Of a DNA stretch of 64,000 bases, positions 60,488 through 64,000 are shown piece by piece. The DNA lies in assembly GCA_030427125.1 (NCBI GenBank), contig JAUHXF010000002.1, positions 12,248 through 76,247 on the forward strand, read 5' to 3'. Every line of letters starts with the position of its first letter. Positions within the stretch are counted from its first letter, which is position 1. This DNA is from a bacterium (GTDB lineage: Bacteria > Patescibacteriota > Saccharimonadia > Saccharimonadales > SZUA-47). A model generated the notes under the pieces. It did not search any database. It worked only from the letters and a program-made list of their open reading frames with translations, and had not been told where the DNA came from. The position numbers were made by a program, and so were the translations under genes.

Positions 60488-60637
60488 TTACGACATGATG
60501 TACAGCGGATCCTTTTGGCGAACCACTGTGCTTCTCACTCGTCGTACCAATGTGTACGCCTCGATTGCGATGCTCGTATTTCGTCCAAAATTATCTCGCT
60601 GTAATCACGTCTTTAGCATAAGAGAGGTAACCTAACG

Positions 60638-61515
60638 GTGTATTCACAGATAGCAGCGAATAAGCGGAAGACAGTTATGTTGATGTTTGCCTTTGTTGGG
60701 CTTATTGGATTGTTGGCCTACTTTGGTGGTGTCTATTTTGGTGATTTTACTATTACTATCGGTGCGTTGATTGGCTCAATTATCTACGCAGTGATTAGCT
60801 ATTTTGCCTCAGCGAAGGCTGCGCTAGCTTTCAATGGTGCACACGAGATCAAGAAATCAGACAGCCCAGAGTTATATAGAATTGTTGAGAATCTCGCAAT
60901 TACCGAAGGTCTGCCAACACCAAAAATTCACATAATCGACGACTCAGCACTAAATGCCTTTGCCACCGGGCGAGATCCGAATCATGCACACGTGGCAATC
61001 ACGACAGGCTTGCTTGAAAAACTAGATAAACAAGAGCTTGAAGGAGTTATGGCGCACGAACTGGGCCACATCAAGAACTATGATATACGCGTTAGTATGA
61101 TCGTCTTCGGGCTTGTCGCTATTGTGTCAATTCTCGCTGACATATTTATACGAGTCAGTATATTTGGCGGTGGCAACCGTGACAGGGAAAACAGCAATGG
61201 CGTCCTCGCTATTCTTGGCATTGTTGCCATGATTCTTGCACCATTAGTTGCGGCAATGATTCAGGCGGCTATTTCACGAAAGAGAGAGTATTTAGCCGAC
61301 GCTACGGGAGCAATGACGACACGCTATCCTGAAGGGTTAGCACGAGCCCTCGAGAAACTAAAAGCAGGGAATACCGCACCCAGAAGGCAAAACACATCTA
61401 CAGCCCATCTGTTTTTTGCAAATCCGCTTAAAGGTAAGAGCCTGTCATCTCTTTTCTCAACGCATCCCCCAATTGATGATCGTATTGCTGCGCTGCAAAA
61501 AATGGGCACGAATCT

Positions 61516-61519
<4 letters not shown>
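60638..61519 (+). CDS. htpX: Zinc metalloprotease HtpX (M48)
   Basis: The HELGH motif (MAHELGHIKNYD), 4 TM segments and a C-terminal STHPPIDDRI are present. The start is GTG with an AGAGAGG SD. Confidence 0.93.

Positions 61520-64000
<2,481 letters not shown>

Noticed and set aside
60488-60637. A 150-nt spacer between lemA and htpX containing a 46-codon ORF (MMYSGSFWRTTVLL...).
   Set aside because: It has no SD, no convincing hairpin or riboswitch-like structure seen by eye, and no recognisable peptide features. It was left unannotated.

Overview
The window is a gene-dense stretch with about 64 protein genes, mostly on the + strand, plus 2 tRNAs. It uses the standard code, with TGA, TAA and TAG all acting as stops. 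Gene content and style suggest a reduced-genome CPR/Patescibacteria organism, most plausibly Saccharibacteria/TM7. The style cues are short aaRS and UvrC versions, many signal-anchored hypothetical proteins, overlapping start/stop codons, and TGn-extended -10 boxes sitting next to start codons. This taxonomic call is inference only.

Confidently recognisable housekeeping genes:
- Translation and tRNA modification: metG, alaS, mnmA, trhO, rplY.
- Cell division and envelope: ftsA, mltG, secG, lemA, htpX, a LysM/CHAP hydrolase, and an MsbA-like ABC exporter.
- DNA repair and replication: ruvX, class II photolyase, sbcB, uvrA, uvrC, and ligA (3'-truncated by the window edge).
- Other: tatD, a class V cysteine desulfurase, obg, pepP, and tRNA-Leu(GAG) with tRNA-Val(TAC).

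Two regions stand out.
1. 16.9-24.0 kb is a six-gene locus of secreted or anchored proteins. Four are paralogous subunits sharing a C-terminal 'G-x-Y ... [ST]-F-COOH' strand, and two of those are a mosaic tandem duplicate. They are followed by a membrane-anchored protein whose architecture resembles Firmicute WxL-interacting proteins (DUF916 + DUF3324), then by a PKD-domain anchored protein. I read this as a candidate cell-surface fibre or adhesion complex.
2. 8.7-14.9 kb is a tightly coupled F-type ATPase operon (b-like, delta-like, alpha, gamma, beta, epsilon). It has no subunit a and no canonical subunit c anywhere in the window. The slot where atpE normally sits holds a 280-aa exported protein ending in a c-subunit-like helical hairpin (GRNP loop) that lacks the ion-binding carboxylate.

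No rRNA, CRISPR array, transposase, integrase or prophage was seen.
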